A stretch of DNA of 64,000 nucleotides from contig JAZDCZ010000243.1 of NCBI GenBank assembly GCA_036679605.1, positions 1 through 64,000 of the forward strand. The letters run 5' to 3'. The translations under genes and the position numbers were made by a program. Shown here in pieces: positions 9,258 through 18,165 of this stretch. Numbering within the stretch: the first letter of the stretch is position 1; each line of letters starts with the position of its first letter. This DNA comes from Gemmatimonadota bacterium. Lineage in GTDB: Bacteria > Gemmatimonadota > Gemmatimonadetes > Gemmatimonadales > GWC2-71-9. The notes beneath the pieces were generated by a model, which was not told the DNA's origin, searched no databases, and saw only the letters and a list, made by a program, of their open reading frames with translations.

Positions 9258-10289
9258 GTGGAAAAGATCGTCATCCGTCGACCGGGCGGCTTTCGCCGGC
9301 TCGAGATCGAGTCCCTCCCCGATCCCACTCCAGGCGACAATGATGTACTGGTACAAACCAGAGCGATCGGCGTCAATTACGCCGACTGCGTTGTGCGGAT
9401 GGGATACTACGCCTCTGCGAAGGAGTTCGTCGGATGGCCAGTCACTCCGGGTTTCGAATTTTCCGGTACCGTGTCCGCGGTCGGAGAGAAAGTGACCGAC
9501 CTTGCAGCGGGTCAAGAGGTCTTTGGTCTAACCAGATTTGGTGCATACGCCACTCATGTAGTGGTACCGCGACGTCAAGTGTACCTGCTTCCGCCCAACG
9601 TTACGCTGGAGGAGGCTGGAGCTTTCCCTGTCGTGTTCTTGACCGCCTTCTATGCGCTGCACATGGTCGTTCACATCCATAATGAGTCAACGATTTTGGT
9701 GCATTCGGCAGCGGGTGGTGTTGGAAGTGCGTTGTTGCAGCTGTGTAGGCTGGCTGGCTGGCGTAGCATTGGTGTGGTGGGCAGCACGCACAAGGTCGAA
9801 GCTGCGCGTGCGATGGGGGCCGACTTCGTCATTGACAAAAGCAACGAGAGACTTTGGGAGAAGGTGGAGCAATACGCTCCCGAGGGACTCGACGTCGTGC
9901 TTGACGGCAACGGGGCTACGACACTGCGCCAGGGCTATAATCACTTGAGACCCACTGGCAAATTGATCTCCTATGGTTTCCATTCGATGTTCCCCAGAGG
10001 ACGTGGTGTGGCCAACCCGATCAAGTTGGCTTGGGATTATCTCCGGACACCGAGATTCAATCCTGTCGACCTGCATAAGCAGAACAAGACTCTTGTGACC
10101 TTCAATTTGTCTTTTCTGTTCGATAGGGATGATCTATTGGAAGAGGCGATGCGGTCACTGTGCACTTGGTTGAGCGAAGGGAAGATTCATACGCCCAATA
10201 TTACTACCTATCCTTTCAGAGACGTTGCGCGTGCACATCAGGACTTGCAGTCGGGTACCACGGTCGGGAAGCTCGTCCTAATTCCTTAG
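9258..10289 (+). CDS. Medium-chain dehydrogenase/reductase, NADPH:quinone oxidoreductase (VAT-1-like)
   Basis: GVNYAD, TPGFEFSG, HSAAGGVG, TVGKLVL; AGGAG RBS before GTG. Confidence 0.9.
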   Translation: MEKIVIRRPGGFRRLEIESLPDPTPGDNDVLVQTRAIGVNYADCVVRMGYYASAKEFVGWPVTPGFEFSGTVSAVGEKVTDLAAGQEVFGLTRFGAYATHVVVPRRQVYLLPPNVTLEEAGAFPVVFLTAFYALHMVVHIHNESTILVHSAAGGVGSALLQLCRLAGWRSIGVVGSTHKVEAARAMGADFVIDKSNERLWEKVEQYAPEGLDVVLDGNGATTLRQGYNHLRPTGKLISYGFHSMFPRGRGVANPIKLAWDYLRTPRFNPVDLHKQNKTLVTFNLSFLFDRDDLLEEAMRSLCTWLSEGKIHTPNITTYPFRDVARAHQDLQSGTTVGKLVLIP

Positions 10290-10422
10290 CCAGTTTCGCC
10301 GAGCTTACGTGGATGCAACCCTTGGGCTACTTTCAGCATCTGATCTATAGACCTCCTGAGGTACATCTGAGGTACATCGTTTCAAATTGCACTGCCTTTT
10401 CAACTTGTCTTGGAGTCAACCC

Positions 10423-13400
10423 ATGAGTCCGGATCGATGCCGCGGCGCACTGCTCGCCGCAGCCGCACTGCTCGTCCTGTCCCTTCCCGCTGGAGTCCTC
10501 GAGGCCCAGGGTAACGGGTCGGACGGGAACGAACTACCGCTAGAACCAGCCCGCTGGGCCCGCTTCACCACGTCTGAGGGTACCTGGACATCACTGGACG
10601 TGAGTCCCGACGGCCAGTCGATTGTGTTCGACATGCTCGGCGACCTCTACACGATCCCCATTGCGGGAGGAACTGCCCGTCGGCTGACCCATGGGATGCC
10701 CCATGACGCGATGCCGCGCTTCAGTCCCGACGGAAAGCAAATCGCCTTCGTCTCCGACCGCTCAGGAGACAACAACGTCTGGCTTATGGCGGCTGACGGC
10801 AGCGACGTGCGACCCCTCACCAAGGGCGTCGGCGCCGAGTACATGTCACCCGAGTGGACGCCGGATGGCGACTACATCGTGGTGTCGCGCCAGGCACCGC
10901 TCCAAGGACTCGAGAAACTCTGGCTCTACCACGTGCGTGGCGGGATCGGGATCAACATGACTCCCGCGCCGGGCCGCCTGCGGCTCATGGGGCCGGCGTT
11001 CGGTCCGGACGAGCGGTACGTGTGGTACGGTCAGCGCAACGGTGGGTGGAGCTACAACGCCATCTTCCCCCAATTCCAAATAGGCGTCTACGATCGGGAG
11101 GCGGGCACGCGCACGACGATGAGTTCGCGCTACGGCTCGGCGTTCCGGCCTGCGCTGTCGCCGGACGGGAATTGGATCACCTATGGCACCCGCTACGAAG
11201 CCGAGACGGGACTCGTTCTGCGGGAACTGGCCACGGGCGAGGAGCGGTGGCTTGCTTACCCCATCCAGCGGGACGAGCAGGAGTCCTTCGCGACGATGGA
11301 CGTTCTCCCCGGCTATTCGTTTACTCCGGACTCTCGTGCAGTCGTGATTTCATACGGCGGCGGCATCTGGAGGGTACCGGTGGACGGTGCCGATCCGACG
11401 GAAATTCCGTTCACGGTAAATGCCGAGGTAGCCGTCGGACCGGAAGTGAAGTTCGAGTATCCCATCGAAGATACGCCGACCTTTACAGCAAGGCAGATCA
11501 GGGATGCCGTGCCGTCACCCGACGGGAGGAAGCTCGCGTTCACCGCCTTGGACCAGCTCTACGTTATGGATTTGCCCAACGGCACGCCGCGTCGGCTCAC
11601 CAACCGACAAGTAGGCGAGTACTATCCCACGTGGTCGCCCGACGGCGCGTCGATTGCGTATGTGACCTGGGACGACAACCAAGGGCACATCATGCGGGTG
11701 CGTGCTGTCGGCGGCACCCCGCGCCAACTGACTCAGGTCTCGGCGTACTACCAGCAGACGGCATGGTCACCCGACGGGAACCGCATCGTCGCCGTCCGTT
11801 CCGATGCGCGCAATCTGCAGGAATCGATCGACCCGTTCGTGTTCGACGGTCTGGGTGCCGAGTTTGTGTGGGTACCGGCGAGCGGCGGTGCCGTGACCGT
11901 GATCGGCCCGACGGGCGGACGTGGCGGACCGCACTTTGTTAGCAACGATCCAGACCGGATCTATACGTACGGTTTTGCGCCGGCCGCCAACAGCGCAAAT
12001 GGTTCGCGCCCCACGGTCGCGCTAGTCTCGACACGGTGGGACAACACCGATCTCAAGCAGCATATTCGGGTGACGTGGCGCATACCCGTATTCGCCGGCG
12101 GTTACAAGATCTCGCCGACTTCCGACTTGGTGATGCCGCGCGATTACAGCGAGGAAGAAAGCCGCGAGAATATCCCACAGCGGTCCGCCGGTTTCGTCAA
12201 GATGGCACCACAGGGTGATCTCGCGTTGGCCCAGGTGAACAACGACATCTACGTCATCACGGTCCCGAAGACGGGCGGGCCGGTGCCGTCGGTATTGGTG
12301 ACCAAACCAGATAGCGCACAAATGCCGGTGCGGAAACTCACCGACATAGGCGGGGAGTTTCCCACCTGGGGAGCTGACGGTCGGACGGTTCACTGGTCGA
12401 TCGGCAACGCCTTTGCAACATATCGAGTGGACCAGGCGGAGGCAGTGGATGACAGTCTCCGCCAAGCAGGCACCGACTCGACGGCCCTGAGAGATGCAGC
12501 ATACCGGCCCGAAGAGATCCGCATCGCCATTGAAGTTCCGCGCGATGCTCCGCAGGGTACGGTAGTGCTCCGTGGCGCGCGTGTGGTCACTATGCGCGGC
12601 AACGAAGTGATTGAGAACGCCGACGTAGTGATCGAGAACAATCGGATCGCTAGCGTCGGCCCGAGTGGTTCGGCACCCGACGGTGCTGACGTGATCGATG
12701 TGAGTGGCACGACGATCGTCCCCGGATTTGTAGACACCCACGCACACATGTGGAATCTGTGGGGGCTACACTGGACGCGTCCCTGGATCTACCTGGCGAA
12801 TCTCGCATACGGTGTGACCGCGACGCGCGATCCACAGACTGCGACAACCGATGTGCTCGTCTACTCTGATCTGGTAGACGCCGGCCGCATGCCGGGTCCG
12901 CGCGTGTACTCCACAGGTCCGGGCGTGTTCTCGAGTGAGGGAATCAACAGTTTGGATCAAGCACGCAACGTGCTGCGCCGCTACAGCGACTACTACGATA
13001 CCAAGACTTTCAAGATGTACATGTCCGGCAATCGGCGACAGCGTCAGTGGCTCATCATGGCCGCGCGCGAACTGGAGCTTATGCCCACTACCGAGGGCGG
13101 ACTCGACTACCGGCTCAACATGACGCACGCCATGGACGGGTATCCTGGGGTGGAACACACGATGCCCATCATTCCGGCGTACAACGACGTGGTCGAGTTG
13201 TTCAAGACATCGGGCACGACCAACACACCGACGTTGGTTGTTTCCTACGGTGGCCCTTGGGCGGAGAACTACTATTACACGAACGAGGATATCGTTAACG
13301 ACGAGAAGATCGCGCACTTCACACCCAAGGCTGAACTCGATTCCAAAATCCGGCGCCGTAATCCTGGTCCCGGACCCGGTGGCTGGTTCATGGAAGAGGA

Positions 13401-13830
13401 ATATGCGTTCAAGAAGCACGCTGCGTGGATCAAGCAACTCGTTGAAGGCGGTGGCCGCGCCGGTATCGGCAGCCACGGCCAATTCCAAGGTCTGGGCTAC
13501 CACTGGGAATTGTGGGCAGTTCAGAGCGGCGGCATGAGTAATCACGACGCGCTCCGCGTGGCCACAATCCTCGGCGCCGAGTCGATCGGACTGGGGCACG
13601 ATCTCGGATCGATCGAAGGCGGCAAGCTCGCCGACTTGATCGTCATGAACGCCAACCCGCTCGATGACATTCGCAACACCAACACTATTCGCTACGTGAT
13701 GAAGAACGGCCGCCTCTACGATGGCAACACGCTCGACGAAGTGTGGCCGCGGCAAATGACGGCTGCCGACGAACCGTGGCGCCACATCGCACCCAACGTT
13801 CAACCCGGCGTCCGCGGAGGTTCCCGATGA
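10423..13830 (+). CDS. Exported PD40/TolB propeller + amidohydrolase protein, paralog 1
   Basis: Signal peptide, SPDG repeats, PGFVDTHAH, GSIEGGKLADL, VMKNGRLY. Confidence 0.9.
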   Translation: MSPDRCRGALLAAAALLVLSLPAGVLEAQGNGSDGNELPLEPARWARFTTSEGTWTSLDVSPDGQSIVFDMLGDLYTIPIAGGTARRLTHGMPHDAMPRFSPDGKQIAFVSDRSGDNNVWLMAADGSDVRPLTKGVGAEYMSPEWTPDGDYIVVSRQAPLQGLEKLWLYHVRGGIGINMTPAPGRLRLMGPAFGPDERYVWYGQRNGGWSYNAIFPQFQIGVYDREAGTRTTMSSRYGSAFRPALSPDGNWITYGTRYEAETGLVLRELATGEERWLAYPIQRDEQESFATMDVLPGYSFTPDSRAVVISYGGGIWRVPVDGADPTEIPFTVNAEVAVGPEVKFEYPIEDTPTFTARQIRDAVPSPDGRKLAFTALDQLYVMDLPNGTPRRLTNRQVGEYYPTWSPDGASIAYVTWDDNQGHIMRVRAVGGTPRQLTQVSAYYQQTAWSPDGNRIVAVRSDARNLQESIDPFVFDGLGAEFVWVPASGGAVTVIGPTGGRGGPHFVSNDPDRIYTYGFAPAANSANGSRPTVALVSTRWDNTDLKQHIRVTWRIPVFAGGYKISPTSDLVMPRDYSEEESRENIPQRSAGFVKMAPQGDLALAQVNNDIYVITVPKTGGPVPSVLVTKPDSAQMPVRKLTDIGGEFPTWGADGRTVHWSIGNAFATYRVDQAEAVDDSLRQAGTDSTALRDAAYRPEEIRIAIEVPRDAPQGTVVLRGARVVTMRGNEVIENADVVIENNRIASVGPSGSAPDGADVIDVSGTTIVPGFVDTHAHMWNLWGLHWTRPWIYLANLAYGVTATRDPQTATTDVLVYSDLVDAGRMPGPRVYSTGPGVFSSEGINSLDQARNVLRRYSDYYDTKTFKMYMSGNRRQRQWLIMAARELELMPTTEGGLDYRLNMTHAMDGYPGVEHTMPIIPAYNDVVELFKTSGTTNTPTLVVSYGGPWAENYYYTNEDIVNDEKIAHFTPKAELDSKIRRRNPGPGPGGWFMEEEYAFKKHAAWIKQLVEGGGRAGIGSHGQFQGLGYHWELWAVQSGGMSNHDALRVATILGAESIGLGHDLGSIEGGKLADLIVMNANPLDDIRNTNTIRYVMKNGRLYDGNTLDEVWPRQMTAADEPWRHIAPNVQPGVRGGSR

Positions 13831-16800
13831 CTGATATTAAGAAACTCTCGATAACGGCCGCTGCTGTGGCGTTTACAGTTGCGACTCTTTCCGTGGCGCC
13901 GGCGTTTGGCCAGGGTGGGCCCGGCAGTTCGGCAAGCAAGAGCAGTAAGAAGCCCTTGCCCCTCAAGGCCGCGCGCAGCGCGAAATTCACCGCCACCGAG
14001 GCCACGTGGATGTCGCTCGACGTGAGTCCCGATGGACAGACGATCGTGTTCGATCTGTTGGGCGATCTATATACGATGCCGATCGCAGGCGGCAAAGCGA
14101 CGCGGATAACCAAGGGCATGGCGTTCGATGCACAGCCGCGGTTCAGCCCGAACGGTGAATCGGTGGTGTTCATCTCCGACCGGAGCGGTGGTGACAACGT
14201 TTGGACCATACGGCTCGACTTTACCGACACCACGCAGATCACGCGTGGCAATGCGAACCTGTACCTATCTCCCGAGTGGATGCCCGACGGTGAGCACATA
14301 GTCGTCAGCCGTTCGGGTGGTCTGGGCAGAGTGGCGAAGCTCCAGATGTACAACGTGAAGCGGCGGAGTCCGCTGCCGGTGATCCGCGGATCCAACAGCC
14401 TCAAGACAGTGGGTGCAGCACCGAGTCCCGACGGCCGCTACATCTGGTACGCGCGACGGTCCGGCGACTGGCAGTACAACGCGATCTTCCCGCAGTACCA
14501 GATCTACCGGTATGATCGGGAGACGGGTAGTTCAACGCGTTTCACGAGTCGGTATGGGTCTGGATTCCGACCCGCGATCTCGCCCGACGGCAGGTGGCTC
14601 GTCTACGGAACCCGCGAGAACACCGAGACCGGCTTGAGGAAGCGCAACCTGGAGACCGGTGCAGAGGACTGGCTCGCGTATCCCGTTCAACGCGACGAGA
14701 TGGAATCGCGTGCACCGCTCGATGTTTTACCAGGTTACAGCTTCACTCCAGATTCCCGTGCGGTCGTCGTCTCGTATGGCGGCAAGATCTGGCGCGTGCC
14801 AATGGATGGCGGTGAGGCGGCGAACATCCCACTCGATGTGGACGTGAACTTGGACATCGGACCAGAGGTCAAGTTCAGCTACAAGATCGACACGTCGGCG
14901 ATGATCACCGCACGACAGATCCGCAATCCGGTCGCATCCCCTGACGGGAACAGCATTGCGTTCACCGCGTTCGACCGCATCTGGATCAAGGACATGACCA
15001 ACGGCGACGCTCGCCGATTGACGGACTCAGAAGAGGGCGAATACCATCCTGTCTGGTCGCCTGACGGCAACTGGCTTGCGTTCGTGACCTGGGATGACAG
15101 CGCGGGCGGTTACATCGCCAAGGTGCGCTCCGACGGTTCCGGACAGTCTCAACGTCTCTCGAATACGGCAGCGCTGTACTACAATCTCGCCTGGTCGCCC
15201 GACGGGCAGCGCATCGTCGCTACCAGAGGTGCGGCCCGTGAGCTAAAGAAGGCGCCGGATGTTTTCTTCGGTCCGCTGGGCGGCGAGTTCGTTTGGGTCC
15301 CCGCCGCGGGCGGTAACGTCACGCTCATAGCGCCCACCGGAAGCCGCGACGTCGCACACTTCAATACGAACGAGCCCGACCGAATCTACGCGTACAGTCC
15401 CAGAGAGGGTCTGGTGTCGTTTAGGTGGGACGGGACAGATGTGAAGCAGCACCTCAAAGTCCGGGGACGGTTACCGTCGGGGGGAATCGGCTCAATGCAC
15501 CCTACTGAGTGGGAACAACTCCCACGACGTGTTTTCCCGACCTTCAAGGAAGAGCTGGGTTCGGAGAATGACGAGGTGCTGGAAGGCGGTCGACAGCCGC
15601 CACCGGCAGGACTCGTAATGATTTCCCCCACAGGTGGTCGTGCAGTGGCGCAGGTGGGGAGCCACATCTACACGATCGATATACCCGAGGTGGGAGGCCC
15701 GGTGCCGTCGGTGTCGGTGGCTAGCCCGAACGGCGCGGCGGTGCAGGTGCGAAAGCTGACCGACGTGGGAGGCGAGTTCCCCTCGTGGAGCGCGGACGGT
15801 AACCGTGTCTATTGGGCAATCGGGAACGCGCTGTTCACCTATGACCTTAGCAGGATCGAGGCGCTGGAGGACAGCACCGTGCAGGACGCCCGCGACAAGG
15901 TGGGGCAGGCGTTGATAGTCAGGGGGATCATCGACAGTCTGAAGGCGACGCGCACAATAGTCGACAGTCTGAAGAAGGCCGATACCGAAGTGCCGGACTC
16001 GTTGGACACGAAGCTCAATGGTCTGATCGCGGACTCCGTGCAGGTCAAGGCAGATTCGTTGCTAAAAGCTGCCGAAGAGGCACGAGCCAGAGCACAGGCG
16101 ATCACGCAACATGCCGACTCTGTCAGGGCCGGACTCGACAGTGCCACTGCCGACACCGCGCTCTACAAGCCGCAAGAAGAGCGCGTCGAGGTAAAGCTGC
16201 CAAGTGACAGGCCGCAGGGCAGTGCGGTGTTACGTGGCGGGCGTGTGCTCACAATGAACGATCACGAGATCATAGAAAACGCCGACGTAGTGGTGACGGA
16301 CAATAGGATCGTCGCGGTCGGCGCGCGGGACTCGGTGGAGATACCCGAGGGTGCTACGGTGATCGATGTCTCGGGCAAGACGGTCATCCCTGGGTTCGTG
16401 GATACCCATTACCACCCGCAATGGCTCGTTCCGGAAATTCACGTCAAGCAGGCCTGGCAGTATCTCACTACACTGGCGTATGGTGTCACAACGACGCGCG
16501 ACCCGCAGACCGGTTCTACGGATGTGTTGAGCTATATGGATCGGGTCGAGACCGGTGGGATGATGGGCCCGCGGATCTATTCGACGGGGCCCGGCGTGTT
16601 CATCAATGACAACATCAGCAACGCGAAGCAAGCCAAGACGGTCCTCAGACGTTACAGCCAATACTACGATACCAAGACGCTCAAGATGTACATGTCAGGT
16701 AACCGGCAAAAGCGGCAGTGGATCATTCAGGCTGCGAAGGAACTGGAGTTGATGCCGACGACAGAGGGCGGGCTCGATTTCAAGCTGGATCTCACGCACG

Positions 16801-17507
16801 TCATCGATGGCTATTCGGGAGTCGAGCACGCGTTACCAATCGCGCCGATCTTCCACGACGTGGTCGAGTTGTTTAAGGCATCGCAAACCACCAACAGCCC
16901 GACACTGCTCGTTTCGTACGGTGGACCGTTCGGCGAGAATTATTTCTACACGAAGGAGAACCCGCACGACAACGCCAAGCTGCGGCGGTTCGCGCCGCAC
17001 GAGAGCGTTGACGCGCGGACACGGCGACGCGGTGCCGGTGCAGGTGGAAGTCCGGGTCGAGCCGGGTGGTTCCTCGACGAGGAATATGTGTTCCCGAAGC
17101 ACGCCGAGTTCGTGAACAAGTTGCTGACCGACAGCGCGCGCGTCGGGGTAGGCAGCCACGGCCAGTTCCAGGGGCTGGGCTACCACTGGGAAATGTGGGC
17201 AATGGGCTCAGGTGGAGCGTCCAACCACGACATTCTCCGGGCAGCTACAATCTACGGCGCCGAAGCGATCGGGTTCGGTGATGACCTCGGTACGGTGGAG
17301 GCTGGGAAGCTGGCCGACATCTTGGTACTCGATGATGATCCGCTCGCGGACCTACGGAACACGGTGAGTATCCGGTACGTAATGAAAAACGGCCGGCTTT
17401 ATGAGGGCGATTCACTCGACGAAGTGTGGCCGCGTCAGCGTGCGCTACCCAATCCGCAGTGGCGGAACCTGGGTCCGCAAGGAGTATCGGCGGGGATTAG
17501 GCGGTAG
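13827..17507 (+). CDS. Exported PD40/TolB propeller + amidohydrolase protein, paralog 2
   Basis: ATGA overlap with paralog 1, GGAGG RBS, signal peptide, PGFVDTHYH; extra ~100-aa helical insert. Confidence 0.9.
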   Translation: MTDIKKLSITAAAVAFTVATLSVAPAFGQGGPGSSASKSSKKPLPLKAARSAKFTATEATWMSLDVSPDGQTIVFDLLGDLYTMPIAGGKATRITKGMAFDAQPRFSPNGESVVFISDRSGGDNVWTIRLDFTDTTQITRGNANLYLSPEWMPDGEHIVVSRSGGLGRVAKLQMYNVKRRSPLPVIRGSNSLKTVGAAPSPDGRYIWYARRSGDWQYNAIFPQYQIYRYDRETGSSTRFTSRYGSGFRPAISPDGRWLVYGTRENTETGLRKRNLETGAEDWLAYPVQRDEMESRAPLDVLPGYSFTPDSRAVVVSYGGKIWRVPMDGGEAANIPLDVDVNLDIGPEVKFSYKIDTSAMITARQIRNPVASPDGNSIAFTAFDRIWIKDMTNGDARRLTDSEEGEYHPVWSPDGNWLAFVTWDDSAGGYIAKVRSDGSGQSQRLSNTAALYYNLAWSPDGQRIVATRGAARELKKAPDVFFGPLGGEFVWVPAAGGNVTLIAPTGSRDVAHFNTNEPDRIYAYSPREGLVSFRWDGTDVKQHLKVRGRLPSGGIGSMHPTEWEQLPRRVFPTFKEELGSENDEVLEGGRQPPPAGLVMISPTGGRAVAQVGSHIYTIDIPEVGGPVPSVSVASPNGAAVQVRKLTDVGGEFPSWSADGNRVYWAIGNALFTYDLSRIEALEDSTVQDARDKVGQALIVRGIIDSLKATRTIVDSLKKADTEVPDSLDTKLNGLIADSVQVKADSLLKAAEEARARAQAITQHADSVRAGLDSATADTALYKPQEERVEVKLPSDRPQGSAVLRGGRVLTMNDHEIIENADVVVTDNRIVAVGARDSVEIPEGATVIDVSGKTVIPGFVDTHYHPQWLVPEIHVKQAWQYLTTLAYGVTTTRDPQTGSTDVLSYMDRVETGGMMGPRIYSTGPGVFINDNISNAKQAKTVLRRYSQYYDTKTLKMYMSGNRQKRQWIIQAAKELELMPTTEGGLDFKLDLTHVIDGYSGVEHALPIAPIFHDVVELFKASQTTNSPTLLVSYGGPFGENYFYTKENPHDNAKLRRFAPHESVDARTRRRGAGAGGSPGRAGWFLDEEYVFPKHAEFVNKLLTDSARVGVGSHGQFQGLGYHWEMWAMGSGGASNHDILRAATIYGAEAIGFGDDLGTVEAGKLADILVLDDDPLADLRNTVSIRYVMKNGRLYEGDSLDEVWPRQRALPNPQWRNLGPQGVSAGIRR

Positions 17508-17574
17508 AAGAAGGGCGGTAGAAACAGGGCGGAATAACAAGGCGGTAAGAGAAAGGCGGTAGGAAAGAGCGGTA
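17500..17574 (+). repeat. Six GGCGGTA-core units with 13-14 nt period
   Basis: Cores at 17500, 17514, 17528, 17541, 17555, 17568 separated by A-rich spacers. Confidence 0.8.
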
Positions 17575-17599
17575 GGTGCCGCTCTCTGCCGCCTTTTTT
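17552..17599 (+). terminator. Intrinsic terminator
   Basis: AAAGGCGGTAG..AGAGCGGTA / TGCCGCTCT.CTGCCGCCTTTTTT hairpin with T tract. Confidence 0.75.
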
Positions 17600-17633
17600 G
17601 CCCGGTCACACGGTGGTCTACAGCGCACAGATC

Positions 17634-18008
17634 CTAGTTAGTGGCTAGATACCCCTCATTCCAGGAGATCTCAAACCGGTCTTCGCACCGTTCGCATTGC
17701 ATCGCTGCTGGATGGCCGAGGAGCAGCTGCCGTGTGCGGCAACAGGGACACACCGCGTAGCCCTCGTTCCAGCGTGCGGGTATGAGGTTCTCGTTACCGG
17801 CATGTGAAACGATGGTCCAGCGGCTGGGTGCGGTAGCGACTATCTCGAAGATGGTACGGGAGAACGAGCGTTGTCTTCCTCCCACCTCGATCAGAACACT
17901 CGACTCTTCCTGCGCTACCGCCGGGTACCACGCCCCACGGCGCAATCCGCAGTCTACATCTTCGCTCAAACGCGCCCACTGTGCTGGTGACATTGTCGCA
18001 TCCTCCAA
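17634..18008 (-). CDS. Hypothetical protein with C-terminal Zn-ribbon-like Cys pairs
   Basis: LRRGAWY motif, CPCC...CERC; start may be 17993. Confidence 0.65.
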   Translation of the reverse strand: MEDATMSPAQWARLSEDVDCGLRRGAWYPAVAQEESSVLIEVGGRQRSFSRTIFEIVATAPSRWTIVSHAGNENLIPARWNEGYAVCPCCRTRQLLLGHPAAMQCERCEDRFEISWNEGYLATN

Positions 18009-18165
18009 GATGTAACACCCTAAAGGATGCGTCAGATTGCGTGATGCTGCCGTGCCTTATGTCACAAAGTATGGGCAGAGCGCGGCCTCTAGGCCGGGAC
18101 CACGACACAGGTGACAGCGTTCTTCCTCTCGCCAAGACCGCCACCGCTCCATATCTTTGCGTCGT

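Noticed and set aside
17500..17574. CRISPR array
   Set aside because: Cores are 7 nt and spacers 6-7 nt; far too short, and no cas genes are present
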